Shown here in pieces: positions 42,295 through 54,198 of a DNA stretch of 64,000 nucleotides (the first letter of the stretch is position 1; the number at the start of each line of letters is the position of its first letter). The stretch is from the NCBI GenBank assembly GCA_963665115.1, contig OY762007.1:7232001-7296000 (forward strand), in the 5' to 3' direction. The notes under the pieces are model-generated. The model searched no databases. It saw only the letters and a program-made list of their open reading frames with translations, and was not told the DNA's origin. The stretch comes from an uncultured Rivularia sp. GTDB taxonomy: Bacteria > Cyanobacteriota > Cyanobacteriia > Cyanobacteriales > Nostocaceae. A program made the translations under genes and the position numbers.

Positions 42295-44956
42295 CTAACC
42301 CAATTTACTCACCCAATAGCTAACATCAACTTTTAACTTTCTACCCAATTTCAAAAGTTGACGCAACTGATTTTTATCGCTATCGTTCAATATTTCAGCG
42401 ACGGTTTTCGGCAGTATTTTAGCGTGCAAACAATTAAAGTACAATTCTTGAGAACGTTCTAAGGATATACCTAAACTCAAATGTTCTTCTACTTCAATCA
42501 ATCTTTCTAAGCGCTGTATCTGAAACTCGAAACTACCGCTCGCATCATATAACAATTGCCATAACAAGCGCAAGCTCAATCTTTCTAATATCTGCTTTCC
42601 TTCAGGAAGGTTTAAATTACAGTGCAAATGTTTGGCTTCGTTGGCGATCGCCTCTAATTCTACCAGGTGATTCCAGCTTAACTGCGGTTCCTCGATATCT
42701 TGCTCTAAGGAACGTAACGTCATCATACACCGATATTCTAGGGCAATTTCGGCTGCTGCCTGTAGTTCTTTGGGTGCTTCTAATCCGTCTCGGTGGAATG
42801 CCATCAGCACTCCGTAATTGTCCCGATAAGTTTGAGTATAAAGTTGGTCAACTCGGGAAAGTGTTTCCTGACTCAATAACCGCATCAATCTATGGCGTTC
42901 TTCGGCAAAGAGATTTTGTAAGTTGAAGGATTCTTCACCGAATAGCTGGGTCATCACCAAGATGGTATGAGCGGCGCTACCTTGCTGCAAAGCATTGAAC
43001 AGTTTTTCTTTGAGTTGGGTGTAGCTCCGTTTACCTTCAAATGGCTGGATGCAGCAGTGAAAATCCCAGCCTCCCAGATGCAGTACGGCGAATGCTACTT
43101 GCTGACTTTCCCAAGTTACTTCGGATACTAGTTTCAAATGTCCTACTGCCAGCGTGATGGAACCCAAACGCTGTAGTTGATGGTCTAATTCGTTGGCTGT
43201 ATAGCAATAAATCTGTTTGTGATGCAGTTGCGAATCTTGAATATTGTTTTTGTCCAGCCCCGACCATTTTTCTACGGATTTGTGTCCGTTAAATAAGGAA
43301 GTAATCGCGTAGTGGGCTGCCACCTGTTTAAAGTTAATCTGGGATGGTAACACCAATTGGCGATAAACTTCAGCGCCAGTTCTAAAACTATCAATGTTGG
43401 TGGGAGCTTGTTCGAGTAGTTGTAGAAAATCTTTTTCTAATTGTACCCCTGCTACTTCTGCTGCTAATTCCATCGCGCGGGATGCATAGCGGAGAATTTG
43501 AGTTCCTTCGGGACGGGAAAGTTCTTCAAAAAACCACCCGCAACTAGTAAACATTAATAACGAATGACGCTGCATTTCTAATAAACGCAAAGCGTCTACC
43601 TGTTCGGATGCTTGCAGCTTGTGCTTTTGATGTCGATTCAGGAAGCCCGAAATATTGCTAGCACTGCGATCTAATACGACTTCGACATATTCATCCCGTG
43701 TTTTCCAAGGATCGGAAAAATATTTACTACCTTGTTCAAGATAAACTTCTACCAGTCGATCCCGGAGCCAGTTAAGAGAATCTCGTAATGGTTTGCGCCA
43801 TTTTAAATGCCAGCCGGGGGCACCACCGCAGCCACAATCATCTTGCCATCTATCTACACCGTGGGCGCAACTCCAAGCGGTAACTGGTTTTAATTCAACT
43901 TCCCAGGTGGGAGTATTTAAGCTGAGATAGTGAGCAAAATTAGTTACCGTCCAACCCCTGCCAGGAAATTCTTGGGTAAAAGCATAAGCTAGAGTTTTCT
44001 CGGTACCTTTTTTATGGTGTCCGAAAGTTTCTCCATCTGTCGCTACCGAAATAACTTGAGACTGACGGCGATCGCCACGAACTGCTGCACCAACACGTCC
44101 TGCAAAGTGGCTGGAGTTGTAAACTACATCGCTAAAACCCATGTCGCGGGAAATCGGGGCCGTCATAGAAAAAGATATCGATATATCTACGTTGGAAATT
44201 AGTCTTTTCTGAATCTGGTAAATAACAACGATAAGGGCGAGTGGGATCGATCTGATTTCCCCCAACTTCGTGCCATTCCTCCAAGGTTTCGTCAGGTGTG
44301 GGGATCAAACGACAGCGTTCGGCTTGGGAAGGTGCAAGGATAATGAAGCGGATACCTTCGTTGACTAAAGCTTCCAAAGTTGCATAATCCACAGCAGCTT
44401 CAGCCAACCACATACCCTCGGTATCGCGTCCAAAACGAGAACGGAAATCTGCTTTACCCCAGCGAATCTGGCTTAACTTATCGCGCTCGCTTGCCAACGG
44501 CATAATAATATGATTGTATACTTGCGCGATCGCATTACCGTGACCGTTCAAACGCTCGCTACTTTTTTTATCTGCTTCGATAATTCGCTGATATACGTCA
44601 ATATCGTAGTTTTGCAACCATGACATCAATGTAGGGCCGATATTGAAGCTCATATACTCGAAATTGTTTTCGATCCCCACCACTTCACCATACTCGTTTA
44701 AGATTCTGGCAAAAGCATTGGGACGATAGCACTCATGGTGAATTCGTTCGTTCCAATCGTGAAATGGTGTGGCACCGGGTTGACGCTCAATCGCGTTTAA
44801 ATAGGGGTTTTCCCGTGGTGGCTGATAGAAATGACCGTGTACCGTTACATAGACTCCCGCAGCCGTTTTCAATGGGTTGAGACTACGTTCCACGTTATTT
44901 GCATTATCAATCAAATTTGCACCAACAGCAGTTGGTAACTCAGCTCTCAAAGTCAT
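42295..44956 (-). CDS. Glycoside hydrolase family 57 / DUF3536 protein, split by a +1 base at about 44156-44159
   Basis: HGHFYQPPRENP, HIIMPL, GMWLAE, TDGETFGHH, WSCAHGVDRW, MFTSCGWFF; joining the frames gives FFYDGPISRDMGF. Confidence 0.88.
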
Positions 44957-45604
44957 GTAGAGTTATTCCTTTTAGAGGTAAACTTGCAATTGCACCGAAC
45001 AAAACCTAAATCGTTTTCTTACAGAAAGGTATTTTCAGAAATTGTAGATGAAAACTTACAAAAATAATCAAATTTTTAGTTTGTTTGGGCGCTGTTAGAT
45101 TGGCAGATGCATTACAACTTATACTAAATGCCTGCCAGAATTTTTATCAAGAAGTCCTTTTACAAAATACAAGAAAGAATTGACTGTTTCAATTAATCTC
45201 ACGAGCAAAATCTTCCCCGGTAATCAAGTGGAAAAATTTTAATTCTCTCTTAATACATTAGAGCTAATTTTCAGTATAGAATATAATTCGGATTTTTTGA
45301 TTTTTGCAAAGAAAGGTTGCTCGCACTACTTAAAACGTAATCTTATTTTATATATCCGGAAAAAAAAGTAAAACAGTAAAATTTCGGAAGCACGTAAATA
45401 TGGGCTTCGGAGTATCTTGGAGTGTGGTTGTCCTAGTCTTAGATATGTTCAAATAATTTCAGGGATTGATTGTTAAATGAGAAGTAAAGGTTAGTCTTCC
45501 ATTCCCCGGTTCAAATCTGCGGGGGAAGATTCTGACTTCTTAAGATGACAGTCCTTGTTACATAAGACTTGCGGCCATTAACCCACGTCAACTTCAGGTG
45601 ACAA

Positions 45605-46696
45605 ATGTCTGGAAAAAAGATTGTATTTTTCGTTTTGCTGGCTTTTATTCCCGTTTCTTTGGCAGCTAAATATCTCGAATGGGGCGACTTAACCATATTC
45701 ATCGCCGCTGGATTGGCAATAATCCCATTAGCAGCTTGGATGGGTACAGCTACAGAAGAAATTGCCGTAGTAGTAGGACCTAACCTTGGAGGGTTACTAA
45801 ATGCCACCTTTGGTAATGCTACAGAATTGATTATCGCCATAATTGCGCTTAGGGCTGGTTATGTAAACGTAGTAAAAGCGAGTATTACGGGTTCGATTAT
45901 TAGTAACTTGCTTTTGGTGATGGGATTTTCCATGTTGTTGGGCGGAATCCGCTACAAAGAACAAACATTTCAATCATTAGTAGCGCGGATGAATGCAGCA
46001 GCCATGAATTTGGCGGTAATCGCTATTTTGGTACCAACAGCGGTTAACTATACTTCAGAAGGAATTAGCGAAACAACTTTGCAAAACCTTTCTCTTGCTG
46101 TAGCAGTAATTTTGATAGTTGTTTATCTTCTGACTTTAGTATTTTCAATGAAAACTCACTCATATTTGTACGATGTGGGTTTAGCGGAAACGGAATTAGC
46201 GGCAGCCGAGGAAGATAAACCAAATCTTCCTTTATGGGGTGGAGTATTACTTGTATGCACCCTTTTTGTCGCCTTTGAGTCAGAACTATTAGTTGATTCT
46301 TTAGAAGTAGCTACATCAAAACTTGGTTTAACGGCATTATTTACTGGAGTAATAGTAGTGCCCATTATTGGTAACGCCGCAGAACACGCTACAGCCGTTA
46401 CCGTAGCCATGAAAAACAAAATGGATCTTTCGGTTTCGGTAGCCGTTGGTTCCACGATGCAGATAGCCCTTTTTGTTGCTCCTCTTTTAGTAATTATTGG
46501 CAAAATAATAGGACAGCCAATGGACTTAGATTTTCACCCATTTGAACTAGTAGCGGTTGCAGCCTCAGTATTAATTGCGAACACCATCAGTTCTGATGGA
46601 AAATCAAACTGGTTAGAAGGAACTTTACTGCTAGCAACCTACGCTGTCTTAGGATTTGCTTTCTTCTTCCATCCCGTAATCGAAGGAATTGGGTGA
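45605..46696 (+). CDS. cax: Ca2+/H+ antiporter
   Basis: GGLLNATFGNATELI, GSIISNLLL, GNAAEH, GST.QIALF, NWLEG. Confidence 0.9.
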   Translation: MSGKKIVFFVLLAFIPVSLAAKYLEWGDLTIFIAAGLAIIPLAAWMGTATEEIAVVVGPNLGGLLNATFGNATELIIAIIALRAGYVNVVKASITGSIISNLLLVMGFSMLLGGIRYKEQTFQSLVARMNAAAMNLAVIAILVPTAVNYTSEGISETTLQNLSLAVAVILIVVYLLTLVFSMKTHSYLYDVGLAETELAAAEEDKPNLPLWGGVLLVCTLFVAFESELLVDSLEVATSKLGLTALFTGVIVVPIIGNAAEHATAVTVAMKNKMDLSVSVAVGSTMQIALFVAPLLVIIGKIIGQPMDLDFHPFELVAVAASVLIANTISSDGKSNWLEGTLLLATYAVLGFAFFFHPVIEGIG

Positions 46697-46861
46697 GATT
46701 GGGCATTGGGATAGATTGCGGAGTTGGAAATTAGGAGTAATTAAGGTCAAAGGTTAAAAGTTAAAATTCTCCTTGTCCCCTTGTCTCCTTGTCTCCCCAT
46801 CTCCCCCCAACGGGTACTTCAAAGAATTATGACTCTGAATTAAGCTGTAGAGATGAAATCG

Positions 46862-46916
46862 TAGTTCATGGAGGTATGAACTATAACCACAGATAAAATT
46901 TTATCTGTGGTTTTTT
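46862..46916 (+). terminator. Two adjacent hairpins, the second a perfect 28-bp palindrome followed by T-run (terminator or sRNA 3' end)
   Basis: TAGTTCAT-GGAGGT-ATGAACTA then AACCACAGATAAAATTTTATCTGTGGTT-TTTT. Confidence 0.6.
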
Positions 46917-47030
46917 CTGAAATGGGATAACATCTACTAATTATTGGTGTACATTTAATTAACTTGAAAAGCTATTCGCACACAGAGGCAATTGCTTGGC
47001 TGTCTAGATAAGGTGTAACTAAGGATTTGT

Positions 47031-47291
47031 ATGAAAGAAAATATCAATCAAAAACTATCTATGATATTACAACCAACATCTGTGAATAGATTACCAACTT
47101 TACGTTTTGGGGATAGAGGTAATTCTGTCAGAATTTTGCAACGGCTTTTAGTCGCTAAACGCTACCCTATCAGTATTGACGGTGATTTTGGCGTTTTAAC
47201 TGAAACGGCTGTTAAAGCTTTTCAAAGTCGTCGAGGTTTAAGTACAGATGGTATTGTTGGTCCTAGAACTTGGCGAGCTTTATCGACTTGA
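47031..47291 (+). CDS. Small peptidoglycan-binding (PG_binding_1) domain protein
   Basis: LRFGDRG.SV..LQ..L, DGDFG..TE.AVKAFQ...GL..DGIVGP.TW.AL. Confidence 0.85.
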   Translation: MKENINQKLSMILQPTSVNRLPTLRFGDRGNSVRILQRLLVAKRYPISIDGDFGVLTETAVKAFQSRRGLSTDGIVGPRTWRALST

Positions 47292-47523
47292 AAATGAAGC
47301 TTGAAAATAAAGGAAATTGGGAATGGGGAACGGGCAACAGTAAATTTATTGAGAACACTTTTAAATAATATTAATAACTTTTTTTAGTGGTGCGCTGCGC
47401 TCGATTCTAATATCGTTACAAGCTTGATTTCTTACAATATAGGAAACCTGCGTATATTCTTGAAAAATACTTAATATACAAATTATTTCTCTGTTTCCTA
47501 TTCCCCGTTCCCTAATGATAATT

Positions 47524-49983
47524 TTAACTAATTACGACATATCTTTCTTTAGATTTTTTTTTAATGAATTGCGATTCATTTGGTGCAATAAGTGGCAATC
47601 TAACTGTAAATGTAGAACCTTTTCCAATTCCTGGGCTTTCTACACAAACGCTACCGCCGTGCAATTCGACTATATGACGTACAATCGATAATCCTAATCC
47701 CAATCCATTATGCGCTCTGGAGCTAGAACTATCACCTTGACGAAAACGGTCAAAAACGTAAGGAATAAATTCAGAATCTATACCTATTCCCATATCACGA
47801 ACTTGAATTACGGCATAGGATAATGAATTGTTTGTTGTTTTCTCTTCTAATAAGCTTACCTCTATACAGCCGCCACAGGAGCTAAACTTAATCGCATTAG
47901 AAAGTAAATTCCACATTACTTGCCTTAAACGTTCGCGATCGCCAGCAACTAAGAAATGACTATCTTTCTGTATCGCATCATCAGAAGCAGGAATTGCATT
48001 TAGTGATGCAAGGTGTTTTAACGACTCAATAGTATCTGCAAATTTTGCATTCTCTATATATTTATCCATTTCCAAACTTTTGTGAGATGATAATTTAATT
48101 TCTATTTGCTTGGCAAGACTTGCCGAACGTAAGTTTTCAACAACTGTGGCAATAATTGAAGCTAAATTACAATTTTCTATATTAAGCTGCATTTTACCTT
48201 GAATAGTCCGTGACATATCAAGTAATTCTTCGATAATATTATTTAATTCTCTACCATTACGCTCAATAGATTCTAAAGCTTTTGATGTAGTGCTTTCGTC
48301 AAGCTTGCGAACCTGTAAATACTGCGCCCATCCTAAGATGCTATTTAATGGCGATCGTAATTCATGAGATAAAATAGCCAGGAATTCATCTTTTATGTGA
48401 TTGGCTTGTTGTAGCGAATTCATTAGATTGGCTCGTTGAATAGAAGAGGCTATCTGATTGCAGACTGCCTGCATTATACCTATTTCGTAATCGTTAAAGC
48501 CCGAACGAGTTCGACTTGCAAAGCTAATCGTCCCTAAAAGCTGCTCTTGGGCTATTAACGGACAACAGTAATAAGCTAAAACACCTAAACTACGAATCGA
48601 TTCTGTTTCCAAGTCGTTTGACTGCGGTACATTTTCTATATTAATCGCGCAACGCTCTACAGCTACGGTACCGCTAATTCCTTGACCAAATTTTTGTTGT
48701 TGAAAATATTTTGCTTGAGAAGAAGTAATTCCACTATAGGAATTTAATTGAATTCTTTGATAGTTTTGATCGGCTGAATAGTATAGATAGCAATCTAAGC
48801 CTAACTGATCTGCAATTTCACTATATAAGACTTCAATTAATTCTTCTGGCTGTTGAAAAGATATTAAATCGTTAGTTGTGTCAAATACTAATTTAAGTCT
48901 GTCATTGCCTAATTTAAGAGATGCTTCTAACTGCTTTAGCTGAGAAACATCTTGGAATAAAGCTACACAAGTAGCCCGATAACCATTTATTGGAGGTAAT
49001 GCATCTGCAAATACCTTTACTTGGTAAATATTATCTTTTTCATGCCAGTTAATCTCAACTCCTTCGAGTCTCTCACCTTTTGCAACCCGTGTCAGAGGCG
49101 TAAGTTCGTTGGGAATTGCTTTTCCTTGAGCATCGCTGAAACGGTACAATTTGCTGTATTCTTCCTGAGATTGCGCTAGAGGAAATGTACCACCTGCCAT
49201 TTTGTTGGCTGCTTTATTCGCAAAAGTCACTCTAGCTGTTCCCGGTTCAATTAATAACAGCGGTGCTGGAATCATATTAAGTAGATGCTCCAACCAATGC
49301 TGCTCGCAAACGGTATTTGGTTCAATTTGATTGCATTCGCTCACATGAACCATATATTGAGGTTCTTTAACAATATCTTCGACATAAGTACAGCCCACCT
49401 TAATTTTAATTTGCGTACCATCAGCACAAATTAAATTTTTCTTATAGGGCTTGCCATTTCCAACCGCTTTGGCTTGAGAAAAGCATTGATTCTCTACATC
49501 TTTATACTCTGAGGGAGTAATATCAAACCAATTCAATTTACCCGCTTGCAAATAAGAATTTGTGTAGCCTGTTATTCGCAGAAATTCGTCGTTTGCTATA
49601 CAGATAATACCATCGGCATTTACTTCTAAAATACCAATAAAATTTGTATCTACAAACCTTTTAAACCTCACTTCATTTTCTCTTAATGCATTCATCGCTT
49701 TATCGCGTTGAAAAAAAGCACCTTCAACTATTTTGGTACCTTTCCAAATCAATATTATAAAAACTGCTATTATTATCAATGCTTCGGCAACAATCGTAAA
49801 AGCCGAATCAGATAGCAGAAAATTTTCATCCCGACTAAATAACCACCCTGTTTCACAGAGAATTGCAATAACGATAAACGATACTAATATGCGTGCAACT
49901 TTAAAAAATTGTAAATGCACTATATTTTGACCCGAATTAGTTTGGCGTGAGTGGTTAATATAAGACATTGATTGTTTCATCAC
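47524..49983 (-). CDS. Membrane PAS/PAS/GAF sensor histidine kinase
   Basis: Two TM segments, PAS-like domains, GAF, H-box LSHELRSPL, NLLSNAIKF, D.G.G, F.RF.Q, GLGLGL. Confidence 0.9.
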   Translation of the reverse strand: MMKQSMSYINHSRQTNSGQNIVHLQFFKVARILVSFIVIAILCETGWLFSRDENFLLSDSAFTIVAEALIIIAVFIILIWKGTKIVEGAFFQRDKAMNALRENEVRFKRFVDTNFIGILEVNADGIICIANDEFLRITGYTNSYLQAGKLNWFDITPSEYKDVENQCFSQAKAVGNGKPYKKNLICADGTQIKIKVGCTYVEDIVKEPQYMVHVSECNQIEPNTVCEQHWLEHLLNMIPAPLLLIEPGTARVTFANKAANKMAGGTFPLAQSQEEYSKLYRFSDAQGKAIPNELTPLTRVAKGERLEGVEINWHEKDNIYQVKVFADALPPINGYRATCVALFQDVSQLKQLEASLKLGNDRLKLVFDTTNDLISFQQPEELIEVLYSEIADQLGLDCYLYYSADQNYQRIQLNSYSGITSSQAKYFQQQKFGQGISGTVAVERCAINIENVPQSNDLETESIRSLGVLAYYCCPLIAQEQLLGTISFASRTRSGFNDYEIGIMQAVCNQIASSIQRANLMNSLQQANHIKDEFLAILSHELRSPLNSILGWAQYLQVRKLDESTTSKALESIERNGRELNNIIEELLDMSRTIQGKMQLNIENCNLASIIATVVENLRSASLAKQIEIKLSSHKSLEMDKYIENAKFADTIESLKHLASLNAIPASDDAIQKDSHFLVAGDRERLRQVMWNLLSNAIKFSSCGGCIEVSLLEEKTTNNSLSYAVIQVRDMGIGIDSEFIPYVFDRFRQGDSSSSRAHNGLGLGLSIVRHIVELHGGSVCVESPGIGKGSTFTVRLPLIAPNESQFIKKKSKERYVVIS

Positions 49984-50972
49984 CGCATCTACCTAGCGCG
50001 GTAAATTCTGGTAGTTCTGGCGAATGGTATATAAGGTTTCAATAGTATGATATGTTACCCCTGGGTAGATACTGCATCTACCTTTGTACATATTTTATTT
50101 TTTTCGATAGAAAGTAACAAATTTATGTAAATTTCAATTAAAGTCTTTCCGCTATTTGCTATCTATTTAACTGCGAAATGGCTATATTTATGCTTAATTT
50201 AGATATTCTTAAGCATTTAAATGGCGTAGCAGCTTTATAATGATTATTCTCTACAAACAAAATTACTGGTTTGCGATCGATCGTGACAAACCAGCCTAGT
50301 ACAGATAATTTCACTTCTATTACTTAAACTTATAGTCAAATAGGTTGAATTAGTAAGTATTCAAAAAACTATGCTGCATATTATCCTCTAAAATAATAAA
50401 TTCAAAATTAATTGGTCGCCCTTGACGTTTAAGTTGACAGTAAAGTGCGAATTATATTGATTGGATATGTAGCTTCTATAAAAAGGATAAACAGGAAAAA
50501 TTATGCTGTTATAAAGAATGGAATTGTAGGGATACAAAACAGATTTTTTTCGGAACTAAAAGCGATTAAACCTCGTCGCAAACACTGCATTACTTGTAAT
50601 TTTAAAAAGATACGTACAGACGGCAATTATTACTAAAAACCTAGATAAATTTTGAGATAGTTAGAAAAATAGATGAAATTGATAAATTTTTGGGAACAGT
50701 TTTTCGTTAATCTTGCGTCATCAGGGGAAAGAGAATCGTTTATTCTACTGGAGTTAGATTACTCCGAAATAATTCGTAGTTCTCTATTGTGTTCCCAGTA
50801 GTTACTACTGTTAGTTGTAATTACCAAAAACGAATTGATAATTACGAGACTTCAGTATACCCAATACTGTAAATGTCAATATATTTTTCAATATCCCGGT
50901 TTTTTCCCCTTTCCATTAGGGCAGCAGGTGGGTTAACAATGTGATGTATGTGTCTCAAATGATTCAAAAGTT

Positions 50973-51222
50973 ATGCCTAGAAGTGCAAGTGAATACGCAG
51001 TATACCTATTATTGGAAAGCGGGACACCGGGAAGAAGTGCGTTTTCCCACTATTCAGGAGTTTCAGAAGTGGTACAGCGGCGAGCTAATGCCCAAAGCTG
51101 CTTCTGATGACTTTATAAACGTGCCAATTAAAAATATAAGCGGCGAGTACATGGTACTTCGTCCTTCTAAGGTTGTTGCGATTCGAGTTGAGCCGATATT
51201 TAGTTCTAGTATTGAAAGATAG
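50973..51222 (+). CDS. Small conserved cyanobacterial protein, probably split by a +1 G at 51021-51023
   Basis: ATG frame MPRSASEYAVYLLLES joins GHREEVRFPTIQEFQKWY... if one G is removed (82 aa). Confidence 0.6.
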
Positions 51223-51232
51223 ATTTACATAA

Positions 51233-52567
51233 ATGATGAGAAAAACCCTTGCTTTGTTTTCCTTGAGCCTGGGAATTGCTTTAGTGAGCCAGGTGCCTTC
51301 GGTTATCGCTCAGATGCCGATTATGACACCGCCTCCATTACCAAGTTCTCCTAGAAGAGCAGTACCGCAACCGCCGCGCCCTGTGGTTATACCGACTACT
51401 CGAACAGTACCGCAACCGCAACCGCAACCGCGCCCATTAATGAGGATGACTCCGGTACCTCCACTAAAACCAATTGGTTTATCCGACAACTGTACGCCTA
51501 AATACGCTTGTTTGGGTTGGGATGAGCAACTTTTTTGGGGTGGAAAAGGCAAAGGTAAAGCTGGCGATCGCTCGGCATTAATTCAATCAATCAATCATAG
51601 TTTGAGTTATTTAGAAAAACCCAGCGCTGCCAAAAAATATGAAAATTATCCCGTCAAGGAAATTACGTTAGATCGGGTGCGTCGTAGTTTGTTACGTTTT
51701 CGCGAATTGGTGCGTACATCAAAATCCGCAGCAGAATTGCAAAATGCAGTTCGACGCGAGTTTCAGTTTTACAAATCAACCGGCAACGACGGCAAGGGTA
51801 CGGTTAAATTTACCGCATATTATAAGCCGGTTTACGAAGCAAGTCGCGTTCGTACCAAAGAGTACAAGTATCCCCTTTATCGACTACCTCCTGACTTTAA
51901 ACAATGGCAAAAACCACACCCTACAAGATTAGAACTTGAAGGTAAAGATGCTTTGTTAGGTAAAGATAGCCGTTTAAATGGCTTAGAATTATTCTGGTTT
52001 AAAAACCGCTTTGATGCATACTTAGTTCACATCCAAGGTTCCGCAAAACTTAATTTGACCGATGGTACCGTTACAGGTGTCGGTTACGCTGGTGCAACCG
52101 ATTATCCTTGGACGAGCATTGGTAGAGCATTACTCAATGACGGAAGAATAACCCGCAAACAAACCACAATGCCGGGTATTATTAACTTTTTCGAGCGAAA
52201 TCCCCGCGCTATGGATGATTATTTACCAGTTTGGGAGCGTTTTGTTTTCTTTAAAGATAAAGGTAATATACCTGCTATCGGTAGTATCAACGCACCACTT
52301 ACTCCAGAACGTTCCATCGCTACAGACAAATCTTTAATGCCTCCGGGTGCATTGGCCTTAGTTAACACAAGATTTCCTTATGTTGGATATGGTGGAAGAT
52401 TAATCTATCGCAAAGTCAGTAGATTTGTACTAGACCAAGACACAGGTAGCGCCATCAAGACACCCGGAAGAGTTGATTACTTTATGGGTACCGGAAAAGT
52501 AGCGGGCGATCGCGCTGGTGTTACAGGCGGTGCAGGCTCATTATACTATTTGCTGTTGAAGAAATAA
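51233..52567 (+). CDS. mltA: Membrane-bound lytic murein transglycosylase A
   Basis: Signal peptide, Pro-rich linker, FTAYY.P, IQGS, SIATD, DQDTGSAIK..GRVDYF.G (3D domain). Confidence 0.9.
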   Translation: MMRKTLALFSLSLGIALVSQVPSVIAQMPIMTPPPLPSSPRRAVPQPPRPVVIPTTRTVPQPQPQPRPLMRMTPVPPLKPIGLSDNCTPKYACLGWDEQLFWGGKGKGKAGDRSALIQSINHSLSYLEKPSAAKKYENYPVKEITLDRVRRSLLRFRELVRTSKSAAELQNAVRREFQFYKSTGNDGKGTVKFTAYYKPVYEASRVRTKEYKYPLYRLPPDFKQWQKPHPTRLELEGKDALLGKDSRLNGLELFWFKNRFDAYLVHIQGSAKLNLTDGTVTGVGYAGATDYPWTSIGRALLNDGRITRKQTTMPGIINFFERNPRAMDDYLPVWERFVFFKDKGNIPAIGSINAPLTPERSIATDKSLMPPGALALVNTRFPYVGYGGRLIYRKVSRFVLDQDTGSAIKTPGRVDYFMGTGKVAGDRAGVTGGAGSLYYLLLKK

Positions 52568-52955
52568 TAAAGGGCATGGGGCATTGTAAATACAGTGTTT
52601 TTCCCTCTTGCCTTTAAACATCAAGTCCTTGGTTAGGAATAAAAGGAGTGAGGAGTTGTTTTAAGTTAACGACTCTTAACTCCTTATTTTTTTGGGCATA
52701 AATTTTCATACATAATTTATGCAATACTTTTCGATGTTCGGTTAAATTTTTCACTTAACAAAATGTCTGGTTAATTACTTATTTGAGCGTATATAGAAAA
52801 ATTGCTTACTATTTTTGTCGGTTTAGCCAGTGTTTGCACTTGAAATAACTAATAGATTTTCTGTTCCCCATTACCTAATCCCTTAAAGAACAAAATATCT
52901 GCCAAAAACGACAAATTAAAAAGTCTTGTAAATAATTCTTACTCAAATTGCAAAA

Positions 52956-53999
52956 ATGAAATTCAGCCTCATAGTCAAAAAACTGGGTGAAGCAGCAACT
53001 AATTCTAGTCTCGATAACTTGCCAAATCTCGATCCAGAAATTACACAATTAGCGGCGATTGACGAAGCAACAACTGGCACTATTAGCTATATAGAAGGTG
53101 CTAAATTTGCGAGTGCGGTAGATGCAACAACTGCTAATGCTCTGATTTTACCTGCCGACGAATCATTACAGTCAAAAGCACAAGAAAAAGGAATTGCTTG
53201 GATAGCAGCCAAAGAGCCGCGATTATTATTCGCTCAAACAATCAATATATTTTATCAACCTTGGCAGCCCGCTCCAGAAATTCATCCCAGCGCCATAATT
53301 CATGAAAGTGCAAAAATTGGTAAAGATGTTTATATCGGTGCCCATGTTGTAATTCAACAAAATGTCGAAATTGGCGATCGCGTTTGCATTCATCCCAACG
53401 TTGCGATCTATCCAGATGTAAAAATTGGCGATCGCACTGTTTTACACGCTAACTGTAGCATTCACGAACGTTCTCGCATTGGAGCGGATTGCGTAATTCA
53501 TAGCGGTACGGTTATCGGTGCTGAAGGCTTCGGTTTTGTTCCCACAAAAGAAGGCTGGTTCAAAATGGAGCAATCTGGCTATACAGTTTTAGAAGATAAA
53601 GTAGAAATTGGCTCTAACAGTGCTGTAGATCGTCCTGCTGTGGGGGAAACCCGTATTGGTAGCAATACAGTTATTGATAATTTAGTACAAATAGGGCACG
53701 GTACAAAAGTCGGTTTCGGTTGTGCGATCGCCGGACAAACCGCGACAGCCGGAGGAGTGCAAATAGGCAATCGCGTTATCATTGCCGGACAATCCGGAAT
53801 TGCCAATCAAGTCAAAATCGGTGATGGTGCGATTGTATCCGCAAAAGCCGGGGTTCATAGTAACGTTGCACCAGGAGAAATTGTCTCAGGAAACCCAGCC
53901 ATACCTTACAAAATATATTTAAAATCCAATGCGATTATTCAAAAATTACCAGAAATTTATCAGTACATCAGAAAATTGCAGCGAAAATTCAAGGAATAG
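52956..53999 (+). CDS. lpxD: UDP-3-O-(3-hydroxyacyl)glucosamine N-acyltransferase
   Basis: Hexapeptide repeats, IGAEGFGF, VDR, IDNLVQIGH. Confidence 0.93.
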   Translation: MKFSLIVKKLGEAATNSSLDNLPNLDPEITQLAAIDEATTGTISYIEGAKFASAVDATTANALILPADESLQSKAQEKGIAWIAAKEPRLLFAQTINIFYQPWQPAPEIHPSAIIHESAKIGKDVYIGAHVVIQQNVEIGDRVCIHPNVAIYPDVKIGDRTVLHANCSIHERSRIGADCVIHSGTVIGAEGFGFVPTKEGWFKMEQSGYTVLEDKVEIGSNSAVDRPAVGETRIGSNTVIDNLVQIGHGTKVGFGCAIAGQTATAGGVQIGNRVIIAGQSGIANQVKIGDGAIVSAKAGVHSNVAPGEIVSGNPAIPYKIYLKSNAIIQKLPEIYQYIRKLQRKFKE

Positions 54000-54198
54000 G
54001 ACAATTCAATTTTGGATTTTGGATTTTGGATTTTAGATTGAGTAGTAATTATATAAATAATGCAGGCTTAAGTACTTATCTATATTTCCAAATCAAAATA
54101 GATGACACCCGATTTTGATTCAAGGTCGGGTTTTCAAGTACTAATACTTTCTACTTTCTACTTTCTACTTTCTGCTGCCTGTTCCCTATTCCCTTTAT

